Part shown: one piece after another, positions 48,567-60,363 of the stretch
Layout: each line of letters starts with the position of its first letter
Numbering within the stretch: position 1 is the first letter of the stretch
DNA from: Moniliella sp. 'wahieum'
Taxonomy: Eukaryota
Reading direction: 5' to 3'
Length of the DNA stretch: 64,000 bases
Assembly: GCA_003971905.1 (NCBI GenBank)
Contig: RSEE01000059.1
Coordinates: 186,001 to 250,000, forward strand
Translations under genes and position numbers: made by a program
The notes under the pieces: generated by a model
The model's input: the letters and a program-made list of their open reading frames with translations, nothing else
The model's database searches: none
Told to the model about the DNA's origin: nothing

Positions 48567-48851
48567 TCCGCCCCTCTCTCGTCCTATTGTCGATCTCTCC
48601 TCTGGTATGAAACGATGTGCTTTTCTCTTCTGGGTATTTTTCTCCGTTGCAGCTAGAAACAGGTAGGAAGACTGCATGCCTTGGACACTCTCAACTTCAC
48701 CCTGGCCGGCGCGAGTGTGTTTCCTATCAACAGAGTAATGCAATGTTTCTGCATCAGACGCCCCTTCCCTTAGCCAGTGTAGCTAAGTACGGCTACTCTG
48801 TTATACAGAACATAGGTCCATTGGCAAATAGCCCCGAATCTGAGCTGAGGC

Positions 48852-49287
48852 TTAATGCTCTGCGTGGATCTCAATGGGCTTGGCAGCCTCTTTGAGGTAT
48901 TCAGAGATGGACAGGCCCGCGTCGGTCGCGCCCTCCGTCTTGGGAGGTTCAGCATGATCAGGCTCGGCGGCTGCGTACGCATCCAACTCGCTGGCCAAAT
49001 CGGAAGACGAAGGCAACTCAGGAGGGTGGGCGCCTTGGGCGCAGCAAACTCACGCACCACACCCACGTGTGCATCGGCGGCCTACGAAGCACAGTCAGCA
49101 CATCATGTTTGTTGTCCACCAAGGGAGAGCAGAGCAAGACGAAACACACCTTGGGCGCCAGCTTAAAGTTCTTCAGGTTGACCACGTACAGGTCCTGGAC
49201 AACGTCGCGTCTCGGCGCCGAGGTGGCCAAGGTGCGCGATCCCCGCAGGGCGGGCGCGGCCGCACGGACAAGCAGACGCGCAGACAT
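48852..49287 (-). CDS. ATP14: Mitochondrial ATP synthase subunit h
   Basis: Presequence then TSAPRRDVVQDLY..LKNFK, AADAHVGVVREFAAPKAP, acidic tail; intron 49149..49082. Confidence 0.82.
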
Positions 49288-49898
49288 GGCGGCTCAGACG
49301 GGTCGAGGAGCAGCGGTGGAGCAGCACAAGCGGCGTTATGCACTTGCCGCTTCAATTTGAAGTTCAAGTCAAGTGTGATGTCACTGTGACATGTGACTCG
49401 GGACATGTGACAGTGTGCCAAGTTGAAGCTTGCAGCTTCAGTTGAACGTTGAACGTTCAAGTTGACCATTGAACTTGAAGCTCTTGAAGCTTGAACGTTG
49501 AACCGTTGAGGCCGAGGCGCTGACGCTGAGGCCCGAGGCTTCGGCGTCTTCAATTTCAAGACCGACCCGACCCGCCCATCCAGCCTAGCCGGGGGAGAGG
49601 CAGCGGCACCGGCATATTCCGAGCCTCCTCCCATAGCACTGCCCCCATGCTTCCTGGGCTTTCCCGTGCCAGCTGGCGCGATCCGGCACAGGGGTAGTCC
49701 TTTCCGAGGTTAGCTAATCGCCATCAACCCTACTGCGTCACACCCGAGGCTGGGCACCAGAGCGCTCTTCCCCCGAGCAGGTGGGCTTGGCCTGTGCACC
49801 GATCTCGGGTGCTGATGGCTGGGCAAGCCAGCAAGGCCACTCTGGGTCCCGCCAGGTCAATCCACCCCCACCACTCCCCCTTGCTTCCGCCACTCACC

Positions 49899-50438
49899 AT
49901 GATTGCTCCCCTTCGCCGCGCCACCCTCGCTGCCCCTCGCATGTTCGGCCAAGTCCGCTTCGTCTCCAGCCCGGCCGGCTCCTCGTCTGGTGCGACGGCC
50001 AACTCGGCGTCCTACAAGAACCGCGAGCAGGGCGAGGAGACCGTTTACGTTAAGCAGCACGAGGCTGAGCAGCTGAAGAAGTGTACGTCCTTCGTCGTTT
50101 TGACCGCAGTGATCGGTCTCCTGCCCGCACTAGTTACGACTAACCTGTCCACACATTCTCCCCCTACACAGACAAGGAGAAGATCGAGGCCCACAAGAAG
50201 GAGATTGAGAAGGTACGTAACCCATCCCCTATTGCGCTAGCTGGCTCTTCCCCCCTGCTTGCATCCTCTTTTTGGTCCAGCATGCCGTCCTTTTCACGTT
50301 TTCTTTCACGGGGCGGCATGACCATTGGGCGGGAGGGAGTGGTTGGCCTGTGTACTTGAGTGATTGCCGTAAGGATGACATGTCTGACCCCTTTTTTTCC
50401 AGCTCGAGGCCGAGGTCAAGGACATCGAGACAAAGTAA
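49899..50438 (+). CDS. INH1: Mitochondrial F1Fo-ATPase inhibitor (IF1/Inh1)
   Basis: Presequence, GAT..SYKNREQGEETVYVKQHEAEQLKK/YKEKIEAHKKEIEK/LEAEVKDIETK*; introns 50083..50171 and 50213..50402. Confidence 0.82.
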
Positions 50439-50728
50439 ACCAATCTACAGCTTGCTCCAATTCATCTTGCCCCATATGTGTTCCTTGTCCAACACACATC
50501 CACCGATCTTTTGGAGTGTTCTCAGTGACCTCTAGCAGGAACCCCTTCCGGACCCGTAAGGACGAAGGGGCTTTGGATCCGCAAATCACTCAGTAGTGTA
50601 GATGGCTTGAAAGGAAAGGTTACGCATGTATGGCAACGTCAGTCGGGTCAAAGTGGATGAGATAGTCATTTTGGGGCGAGCCAAAAAGCACGTCAAGCAA
50701 GCTGCCCATTCCGCAATCAAAAAATGTT

Positions 50729-50822
50729 TCTCCCCTCTGGGAGTCGAACCCAGGACATTCAGAGCGACGATAGCCGCGTGACCGATTACAATCTGACGCT
50801 CTTCCAACTGAGCTAAGGAGAG
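50729..50822 (-). tRNA. tRNA-Tyr(GTA) with 21-nt intron (50785..50765)
   Basis: CTCTCCT/AGGGGAG acceptor stem (C1:G72, A73), A box TAGCTCAGTTGG, TCAGA/TCTGA anticodon stem, GGTTCGACTCC B box, T-run terminator. Confidence 0.95.
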
Positions 50823-51665
50823 GACTGTGTCATTGTTGACTCTTCTTCCCGTCAACCGTTAGGGAACATGGTCTATCCCTCAGCCTCTCATTTTCCGTAG
50901 CAGTGTTTATGGTAGCCTTCGAGCATCCCCATCAAACGCAGATCCCTCTTGCGACACCACACTGCGATCGCAGCGCAAATAGGCCAAACTCGGGCCAACT
51001 CTCCAATGCATACAGCTTCCCGGAGAACTGCGTTCAATCCCGCACCAATGCACAGATACGTGCAGTGTCTAGCTTCTCTGTAATGCAGTCACTGATTGCT
51101 CTCTGGTCTCTAAATCCTTTCTCATTTTCTTCCACATACACTGATGGAAGATGCTGGGACCTGTTGGGACCTCGCCTGCACCCGGCGTGACCCTCTCTCA
51201 CATCGCTTGAATTCCTGCCAGGTGGAGAGGCGATGCCGTGACGGGCATCGTCTCTTACCACCCTTCTGAATCCTTTACTGCGTCCCCGTGTCATTAATTG
51301 CTATACTCCCAAAATGGAGGTTACGATGCAGTTTTTGCTAATGTGAAGAGGAGAATGTGGACTCCGGAAATGTATGTGTAGGCTATTAATAGAAAAGGGG
51401 GCATACAGGGCTTTTTATCCATATATACCCAAAAAGAACACCTCGGAACACAAGAGAAGAGCATCCGGACGGATATGAGCCGGTCAGGCCAATCGCCCTC
51501 GTGCCGGAAAGATGGCGTATAAAGGCATCGCCGCAGTAGTTCCTGGCGATGAAACACTATATATGCTCCAAGGGAGCACATATAGGTCGATGCATGCTCG
51601 GGCAAACCGCTGGCTGTGGTCAGGGGTCGCCGGTCACCGGTCACGCGTGACGAACGAAAAAAATG

Positions 51666-51751
51666 TTCCCCAACCGGGAGTCGAACCCGGGTCTTCACGG
51701 ATCAGCGAATTGCTTGAAAGCGTGACATCATAGCCGTTGGACCATTGAGGA
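51666..51751 (-). tRNA. tRNA-Glu(TTC) with 14-nt intron (51714..51701)
   Basis: TCCTCAA/TTGGGGA acceptor stem, TCACG/CGTGA anticodon stem, CTTTCA loop, GGTTCGACTCC, T-run terminator. Confidence 0.93.
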
Positions 51752-53001
51752 CTGATTAAACAAGGCGCTTGTGAAAGGCTTATCAGCTTGCGGCTGGCAG
51801 GTCATCGCGTGTACAAGGAAAATGAAAATATCCTTCACATTTGTTCTTATCCCCTCAGACAACTCGGTTCACGTAGGACGACCTGAAGCCAGGCCCAGTC
51901 GCAAATCGGGCGTCTCCACCTCTTGTGATACCACTTCTCTCATTCTAAAGCGACGCAGTTTTTGCCGTGGTGCGAGAGGTGGTGATTAGCGCATTCTGAC
52001 TGCTGCGGCTGCCTCACCTCAACCGTGTCCTGACTGGATTTGACATTATTGGGCACCCATTGTCAGCGCTTGGCTGGTCTTTCTCCCATTTCCAATTTCT
52101 TCGTCCTGAGCGTCTCGCGCTTTCTCTGTTCTGCTGCGTCTCGTGCCATATGTCCTCTGTTCTCGCTTTTTCTCCACGAACGATTGCTATACAAAATCCT
52201 TGACCTTAGTAGTAGTCTCGACTCTGGTTTCCCTCACCTTACTAGTCCCGACTGTAGTGTGCAGCTCATTTCACCCTGGCTATCCGCATACGTTGGGAAA
52301 TGGGAGAGACATAACGTAGTGGGCTTGTCAATAATGCATAGTCGATCATCTCCTTCTCTCTCGGACATATATCTATTGACAGCAACACAACCACCTCCAT
52401 TATGTCGCTGATGCACATGTGTTTGCTTTTTGTATAATGTAGCAGAGAAGACCTCTCAGAATTCATCAACATACTGTATAGGTGACAGAGCAGGGGGGGG
52501 CAGCTATGGTTGGTGTAATGGATGATCTGTGCACGTTCAGTGTAGGTGCACTCCGTTAGTAGCTACGATATCAAATCTATATTGTTTTGTCTACTGTCTT
52601 TTTCTCTATGAACGCATGTATGCCTGGGCTGTAATGATCGAGAAAACGACGGTCTGAGAGCTAGTACCATTGGTGAAACATAAAAGCAAATTGTTCGACA
52701 AAAAAACAAACATCAAAGACTGTCACCAAACAGGGAGATGGGCGGGAGTATACAACAGAGGAGAGAGACACAGGATGAGGCGTTACCTCACAAAAGAAAG
52801 GCCCAAAATGACGCAGGACGGTGGCGGCCACATACGGAAAAGGGCAGATGTGTATGTAAACACATTTTAGAGAGCTCGTCCGTATGACGCGCATCCTTCG
52901 TCCCGAAACAGAAGAGAAAAAATGGAATGTGGGTGTGGTAACATACACACACACAGTTGATGCAAGTCGCGCGCAAACGCGTGAATTCCAGATAAAGCAG
53001 A

Positions 53002-53640
53002 TTAGTTGAAGGAGACGATGCGCACACCGTTAATCACCCCCTTTTTGAGAGGCGCAAGGGCAGAGAAGACAGCCTTGGTTGCATCAAGGTGCTTCAAAAG
53101 AGAGAGAGAGAGAAATAGATGTCAGTATATTGTGTCTAGAAGAGAAGACCGAACGCATATACTTACATGAGGGCTACATCCCTCACATTTGTCAACCACG
53201 GTGGCGCGCACCATCTTTCCGTTACTACACGAAGGTAAAAGAGTTAGTATACCAAGTGCAAACGGGTATCAGGTCGTGAGAGATGACTGGGAGATGAAAA
53301 ATGGAGACTGGAAGATGAAAAATGGAGACTGGAAGATGAAAATGGAATGGTGAAGAGTATAGATGTACGTACGCGTGCAGTTGGACCTTAGCCCCGCAGC
53401 GATAAGGCGAGTTTTTACCAACGGCAACAACAAGGTCCCAGTCGTGGGGCTTGGAACCACCGCAAGCCGGATTGTCGAGTGACGAACCAGAGTACCAAGT
53501 CAACTTTCCATTTTATAGCTGCGGAAGCCGCGCTTTTCCATGGCATCAGCATCAGTGTTGGTTGAGGCGTTGGGGATTACAGCAGCCGAAGCAATGGCGG
53601 CCATGTAGGCGACCGTGGCAACGATGGTCGAGAGCTGCAT
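53002..53640 (-). CDS. Secreted RlpA-like double-psi beta-barrel (loosenin/expansin-like) protein
   Basis: Signal peptide MQLSTIVATVAYMAAIASA, Kex2-like EKR, TWYSG..PACGG..DLVVAV..CGAKV, ATVVDKCE(G)C, HLDATKAVFSALAPL; introns 53372..53225 and 53166..53092; TATATATAA at 53735-53743. Confidence 0.85.
53283..53348. repeat. 21-bp minisatellite (GACTGGAAGATGAAAAATGGA, about 3 copies) in DPBB intron 1
   Basis: Read directly from sequence. Confidence 0.85.
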
Positions 53641-55768
53641 GGTGGGAAGATGGAGTGTGTGAAAGTGCAGAAAACGTAGGCGAGAGTTGGGTATGTGGGG
53701 GGAAGGAGGAGAGGCGGGTGAGTTGCGACGTAGGTTATATATACGACCATGTATTCACTCCAGATCTGGGGATACTTGCCCCCTTCTCACCAGAAGACAA
53801 AAAATATACCATCTCCCCCTGCCTCGGATTATACCAGTAAGTGTGCGGTGACCGCATATGAAGAGAGTGGCCTAGAGTGGCTTTCCTTCGGTGTTTGTGA
53901 ACAGAAGGGGGGGTATACTGTGGTGCACAAGTACTAAAGTAATATAGTAAGAGACTTTCCTAACGTCGTCAGCCCCTCCCCCTGCTTTTTTCGGAAAGAG
54001 GGGGGTCACGGGGTCTCACCCGCCGCCTCGGTTGTCTCTCTCTCCGCCCGAAGACGATCTTCCCCAGTTCCTGCCCCTTGGGGGCGTATATACATGTTCG
54101 GTTTAAGGTTCCCCAGTAACCTATAACCGGTAACCGTTCACCGTTCAACGTTCACCCACTATTAACTATTGTAAAAAACCTGTGCGCGTTGTTATTTGCT
54201 TGCACGCAACATCTGCATGTCACATTTTTGTCTCACGTTACAACTAGAGGAACGCGCGGGCCACAGCTAAAGCGGGCGGGGGGGTGTCTTTGGGCGGGTT
54301 ATATAACCGACTCCATGGGCGCAATGCAAATCAGGGTGGTATCACATGTCACATGTCACAGTCACCGTCGCGGGCTATAGTCGCCTAGTCCCGAGCTAGT
54401 CCCTGTTAGGCACCAGGGACCAGGCACCTGTCAGATACCAGGTCTCAGATGTCACATGTCATGCATGTCACCGGTCAGGCCCAGGTCTCAGGCCTCTCAG
54501 GCTGGTCAGCACAACTCAGTCAGACCCAGGGCTCAGGCTCTTCGGCCGAGCTAAGGCGCTCAGGCGCTCAGGGACAGTCAAGGTCTATAGACTACAAAAG
54601 CCGCCAAGACCAGTATGTCAAGCTTTTCAAGAGTTTTAAGCACTACTAATAACTACACTTTACCAGTATCATATACGCCGTGTGCACTTCACGGTTTGCT
54701 TTTTTTTTTGTGTTTCGGTAACGTAAATGTTCCGAATTCGAATGGATGCTGTGGCGTTCAAGTCGTGAACCAATAAACCCTCAATGTGTTCAACCTTCGC
54801 CGGCCTGAGGTCAGTGACCGGCCTGGCTTTTCTTTTGTTGTACAAAAGAATGATGAAAGGGTGACAGGATGTATTTTTGTAATGGCCTTCCCACATATGT
54901 GTATGCACAGAATCATCGAGGTCGCCATATACCTCTGTGATTTCCTTTTAATTCATCTACTAGTCGATGACCCCAGGTTTTCTTTGCAATTCATCGTGAA
55001 GTGCTGTTGAGAAACCCCCCGAGATCGGAAGAAACGCATAGCGGCTGTGTTGCTGCTTGTGCGGCATTGTTTCGGGACTTGTTTTGCCACACAAAAACTT
55101 ACAGTGCACAGCCTCTCTCTGTGATAATAACAGAAGGCGTAGTACTACGTTGCTTCAGTCTTTATAATAACCGTAAAACCTTCTGTATATACCCATAGCG
55201 GCTTTCGGTTACCCCGGTTACAGTTTAGTACCGGTCTTAGATCTTACCCCTGAAAGCGTGACCCGTCCAAATTGCTGGGGAGATAGCCTTTTGGACAGTA
55301 TATATTACCTCTCTCCAGATGCCAGATGAGCTTTGCATTCATCGCTATCCCTCTATATCCCTCATCACTAGTCGCTTGCGAACGCTTCTCCTATAGAGCC
55401 AACAACTGATGAGGCCCGGGGGTCTATCATTGCTCCATCCACGCAGAACATCCTTCCTTTTCACTCCCTCTCTCTTGCCTCTTCCTTCCTGCCGGGCGAG
55501 CGGCAATGATTAATGATTCGCAGGTTGCCAATATATATGACCGGTATGGCCGGTTGTACTTCATATTGAGCACATTACAGCACCCCCGTTGCCTGTGGTT
55601 GCGCTCTCGCCCAAATGTGAGATCGATCCTCGAGCGCAGGTGAGCAGTCCTCGGTCTCTCTTTCCCCTGTTTTTTTTTTTTATTTTGTCTTAAATTCCAC
55701 ATTCGACCCCGCCCCCCACCATGCATCAGGCCTCCGGTATCATATATCATCGACCATCGGTCATCACC

Positions 55769-56038
55769 TGTTTTGGAGGGTAGTGCTAGGTAGAGTTCCC
55801 CTGTACGGCAGTCTACTTCAAGTTGGTCGGTGAAGCTTGATGGTCGCCTAGTTGGACGGATGAGTTCTGCTCACAGGCTTCGCACACCCTAGTATGCTCG
55901 CTCCATCTCACTCTCTCCTGTCTCATTCCCATCCGACGTTGTTTGAAAACTTGTGGCTCACCACTTTGCCTTCACGCCTTGTCTGAAGGCTGCTTTTTTC
56001 ATGCGATTCCGAGTGCTCCTACAAGTCGCACTCCAGCA
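55769..56038. mobile_element. Solo LTR, family B, copy 2
   Basis: TG..CTCCAGCA termini; TSD TCACC at 55764-55768 and 56039-56043; shares GGAGGGTAGTGCTAGG, TGCTCGCTCCATCTC and GGCTCACCACTTTGCCTTCACGCCTTGTCTGA with copy 1. Confidence 0.88.
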
Positions 56039-56399
56039 TCACCTTTTGTGGGGAAAGGGGAATTAAACATCAACAATTCTTTGGTTTTACCAAGGAGGGT
56101 ATATATACTGAAGGAGTACTTCACTCGGTACATTTGTGCGAAGTCGGCGCTGAATCTATAGTTCACATAATATAAGAGAACCCTGTTTTCGAGCCCGGAC
56201 AGTATATTATTGAAGACGAGATGACGAGAGGGGTGTGAGCCGTCACATAAACCATACAGCTCAAACATTGTGGGCAGGGTATATCTTTGGGAGATAAATA
56301 CTTCTCATTTCTCCCACCCCCAAAGGATGTGGATGCTCTGCTCTCTGTGAACAGAGGGTGCTAGAGAAAAGGTAGAGGGCATCTATTCCCGATAGTCAC

Positions 56400-57800
56400 A
56401 ACGTCGCTACAGATATTCTCTGTCACCGACGGGCAAGAAGACGGGCCGGCGAGACCTTAGCCGAGACTTGCGCACTCCGCGGGAGTAGGCCCCCTCCGTT
56501 TTCATATGAGTCAGCCGACCCAAAGCGATGCAATTATCTCCTCCCACAGATGGAGTAGAAATGAGGAAACTCCGCACCGAAATGCGTAAAGACATGCCTT
56601 TTGTGAAGGGGAGCGTGATGTTCAGGGCCTTCCCTCGGGTCCAATCTGTGTTGATAAGGCTCAAATGGGCTGTGCGTAACCTGTTGGCGACGAGAACAGT
56701 CACCCCTTACCTTTCTATATTTCCGTTACCCACACGTTTTTGTTCTCGCTGGTGACGGAGCAAAGCAGGTCTGCTTTTCCTGTTTTTCCCTGCCCGGGAA
56801 CAGTCTCCCGTGTGGCGACTGTTCCCAAGCTAATGTTTTCTAACCTCTCGTTCTCCCTCTCTACTGGGTTGTTTTCCCAATAGTCCCTTTCCTGTGTATC
56901 CTATGATGCTTCGTGGTTTTCTTCCACGATCCCCATTGGCGTCTCCACACCTTCGTCAATCCACAACCGTACCGGTAACTTCTCCTCGTCGTTGACTCAT
57001 TTTCCCTCCACCACATCGCCTCTCAACTACCCATATATATCAACAGCTATTAAGTTTATCAGCCGTTCAGGGTTAGTCTTTCCTGTATCCAATCCGTGGT
57101 AGCTCCACTGCAGCCCTAACTTCCAGTCTCAGCAGTACCAATTCCAGTTCCCGCGCCAGTCCAAGTTGTGGCAGTGTTGTCTCCGCTGCCTTTCCACCCG
57201 TCCCCGGTACGAACGTCTTTGGGCACTTTGCTACTGCCTAGGTCTGTGCCTTTACCTGCTTCTCGCCATATAAGTCTCTGCCATGCGTCGATGAGCCCCA
57301 GACTGGGACCCAGCCATGACATTCTGTTTCATACATATGTTAAAACTATATCAGTCTCGATTTTGTCATCAATCGCGGTACGAGAGGCACCAAAGCCTCA
57401 CCATCTCATTCCTATTCTCAATGAAATGAGTATGCATCGTATTGGGCCGTCCTTCGCAGCCTAGAGTAGATTATGCTCTCATTTTTGGGTATAGTCAGCA
57501 CCACACATCATTTATCCACGGATAAGGACCAGAAGAAAGATGTATATTCCAAGAAACAATAAGACCTACGCACTGATAGTACGTAGAGTGGTTGTCCACA
57601 GCAAACTGTGATGAAGCCGCTATTCACCTTGAATTCAACGAAAGTGCCGAACGAACAGCATCTCCCGCAATGCCTATACGTCATTACACTCTATTTTACT
57701 GTCATAAGGTGCTTTGGAATGCTCCTGGAAGACGCGCTACGACCCCACAACATAAGTGGGCAAAACCCTCCCACACCTTGTGTTTTATTTTGACGAAACG
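56400..57800 (+). mobile_element. Possible highly decayed copia pol relic
   Basis: SPPTDGVEMRKLRTEM resembles integrase SPQQNGVAERKNRTL; SKKQ near 57548 and RT..IRHY near 57650 resemble RNase H blocks. Weak. Confidence 0.3.
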
Positions 57801-58634
57801 CTAAGGATTCCCCCCACAAATGAGATAAAGCCAATGTACTCTGCTGTTTTCAAATCGTTTTCAAACGCATTATACATCTCCCCTTGCAGTTCCCCAGCTT
57901 TCCAGCTCTCGAGAGTCCTTGGTGCTTTTCGAACACAACCATCACCATAGTCCTGCACTTCTTCCGATACATGTGATGCTAACGAGGCCCACAAATCCAC
58001 CACACTTTTGCTAATGAGAGCACCGTTGTAGCATTTATATACTATGCACACTCTGCCATGGGTGGCATATGGTCAGGACTATGATGCCAGCGAACAGAGC
58101 CACCCCCCTTCCGTCGTCGAGAGCATAGGGCGTACAAAAGTACATATGCAAAGAGAACACGCGAATCATGGAGGGCAGTCCTCATTGAAACCTATCAGCA
58201 GTATTTCCTTCCTCTTCTGTGTGTGGAGACGCTCTTGTTGCTGCATCTGTCCAGCGTAGTGTGTATATACACAGCAGTACATTTTTTATGAATCCCCACT
58301 ATATACGCTCAGGGGGAAGACGAACCATAGCTGCTTATCGCCCCTGATGTACTGCAGCGATTTATCGTTGGGCGCGCTGTGAAATGTTGAAGCGGCGGTG
58401 TTGAAAACGTTTTGAAACCGCGAGTCGGCCCGGTGGCACAGTTCGAAGCCCGCATGGGGCCACTGTAGAGCAGCAATGACATCAGTGTTGTGTGAAAGCG
58501 GGAATTAGGTCAGCATGCGGCGCAGCTGCTCCATGGAGGGTTTGGCTCGTTCGATAGCCTCATGCTCAGCCCGCCACCCCTTGTCTGGCTGCTCCCATCG
58601 TCCCCGCCTTATCGGTTTACCCATGTGCATCACC

Positions 58635-60363
58635 ATGGCCCCCGAACCGACCCCAGAGAGCGTCTACCCACTTCGACTACAACCCCGGCCCAGAGCAGAG
58701 CTCCCCTGACAATGAGGAGCCGACCCAGTCGTCAAGATCAAGTCTCTGTCGGTTATCTGAAGAAGGTTGTCGGCGTCAAGGATCTGGCGCCATGTAAGTC
58801 CAACCTCCTCTTGCGACCGCCATGTTGTCTGACCCTATCCGTGTCTCCCCAGCCGGTTCTCTCTCCCGGCCAGCTTGATGGAACCCATTGTGCGTTTTCT
58901 CTCCCTTGCCTCTAATGCGCAAAACACTAACTCGTCTCACTTCCACAGCCCACCTCGAGTACTGGACCTATCGACCGGGCAGACCTCTTCGCCACGATTC
59001 CGACTTTGACCAGCTCTGGATCGAATGCTGGCTGTTCTACGCTTCGCTGACTAAGACTGAAGGTGATCAAGAAGGGGTCTGCAACGTACAATTCTATTTT
59101 AGGCGAGCATTTCCAATGCCACTGGGACGTGGAGACCCCGATTGTGCATATAAAAAGTCCGGGCAGATTGTTCCGGTGCAGAACTTGGACAACAAGCAGC
59201 CTACGCCTATGCCCATGGCCCACACCAAAGGAGAGAAGGACGGGCCGTCCTCACCTTCCACGCCCAAGCGCGGCTTTGCCCAAGCTGCGCACCGCAGGTT
59301 TCCACCCCCATGAACGGGTCTGAGGCGGCGCTGGATGTGCTCACCAGTGACTCGGCCCAGGCTGGGAGCAAGATGCCCTCGCAGAAGCGGCGCATCGTGT
59401 TTCTTACCGAGCAGGTGTCTCATCACCCCCGTCTCGACCTTCTATGGCTAATCAGTGAGGCTGGGATTGAGATTTCTGGGGTGGACCAAATGTCGGGCAG
59501 GCATCAGGCACGTCAGTGCGTATCTATGCCGGATCGCTGAACCGGGGCAGGTTATTAAGCTCCTCCCCACCGCAGCGGGCAAGGAGGTGCGGGGGAGAGG
59601 TACCGCATCTCACCTAGCTTCGATCAATGGACTGCTTCGTGGCAGCCTGTGGGTGAGCATGGCCGATGCGACGGTGATGACTCTTATGGTGGCTCGCGGG
59701 GAAGTGATCGCCCGGACAACAGCGGTGGGACTCGGCTCCGCGCTCTGATCGAGTACAAGGAGGAGGGGTGGCTAGGCAAGGCCAAGTACGCGGTGGAGGG
59801 TGTGATTTACGAATACGACTGGGTACGTGGAGCGGGTTTGACTGATGAGGAGGATCTCCCGGATGGCGAGCAGACAGGGCCTGCATACTGGACCAAGGTC
59901 AAGCAAGTGCCTGCGGACAAGGTTGTGGCTACCTTCGAGGGTCAATGGAACGGAAAGATCATGTTCAAGATCAAGGGAGACAAGGTACGTACTCCACTTG
60001 TCCTTCTTCGTCTCCGCGGGGTACAGTACTAACTTATTCTTTTCACAGGAGTCACGTCTCTTGGTCAACCTGGCCGATCTGAACGTCACGCCCAAAACGG
60101 TGCGGCCGGTGGAGGACCATGGCCCACTCGAGTCGCGGCGGATCTGGGCGCCAGTGACGCAGGCGATCCAGACAAAGCAATATTCTGAAGCGACCAAGTC
60201 CAAACAGGAGATTGAACAACAGCAGCGCAACCTGGCCGCGGAGCGCAAACGCGCAGGACAAGAGTTTGTGCCGCAGTTTTTCTTTAACGAGTACTCCTCG
60301 GGTCGGCCGACGCTCTCCCTGGCGGGCCGCAAGGCGTTGGCGGAGGAACAGGCACTGCCCTAG
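58635..60363 (+). CDS. Oxysterol-binding protein homolog (ORD only)
   Basis: GVKDLA..RFSLP..LMEP, LEYW, YNSILGEHFQCHWDV, signature FLTEQVSHHP, FEGQWNG, ESRRIW..VT, KQEIEQQQR; three introns. Confidence 0.9.

Noticed and set aside
51162..51300. TGTTGGGACC resembling the start of the copia LTR
   Set aside because: Similarity does not extend and I found no CA end with a matching TSD.
41133..56038. One giant LTR element capturing TBP, ODC, ATP14 and INH1
   Set aside because: Each LTR has its own distinct TSD, so they are independent solo LTRs.
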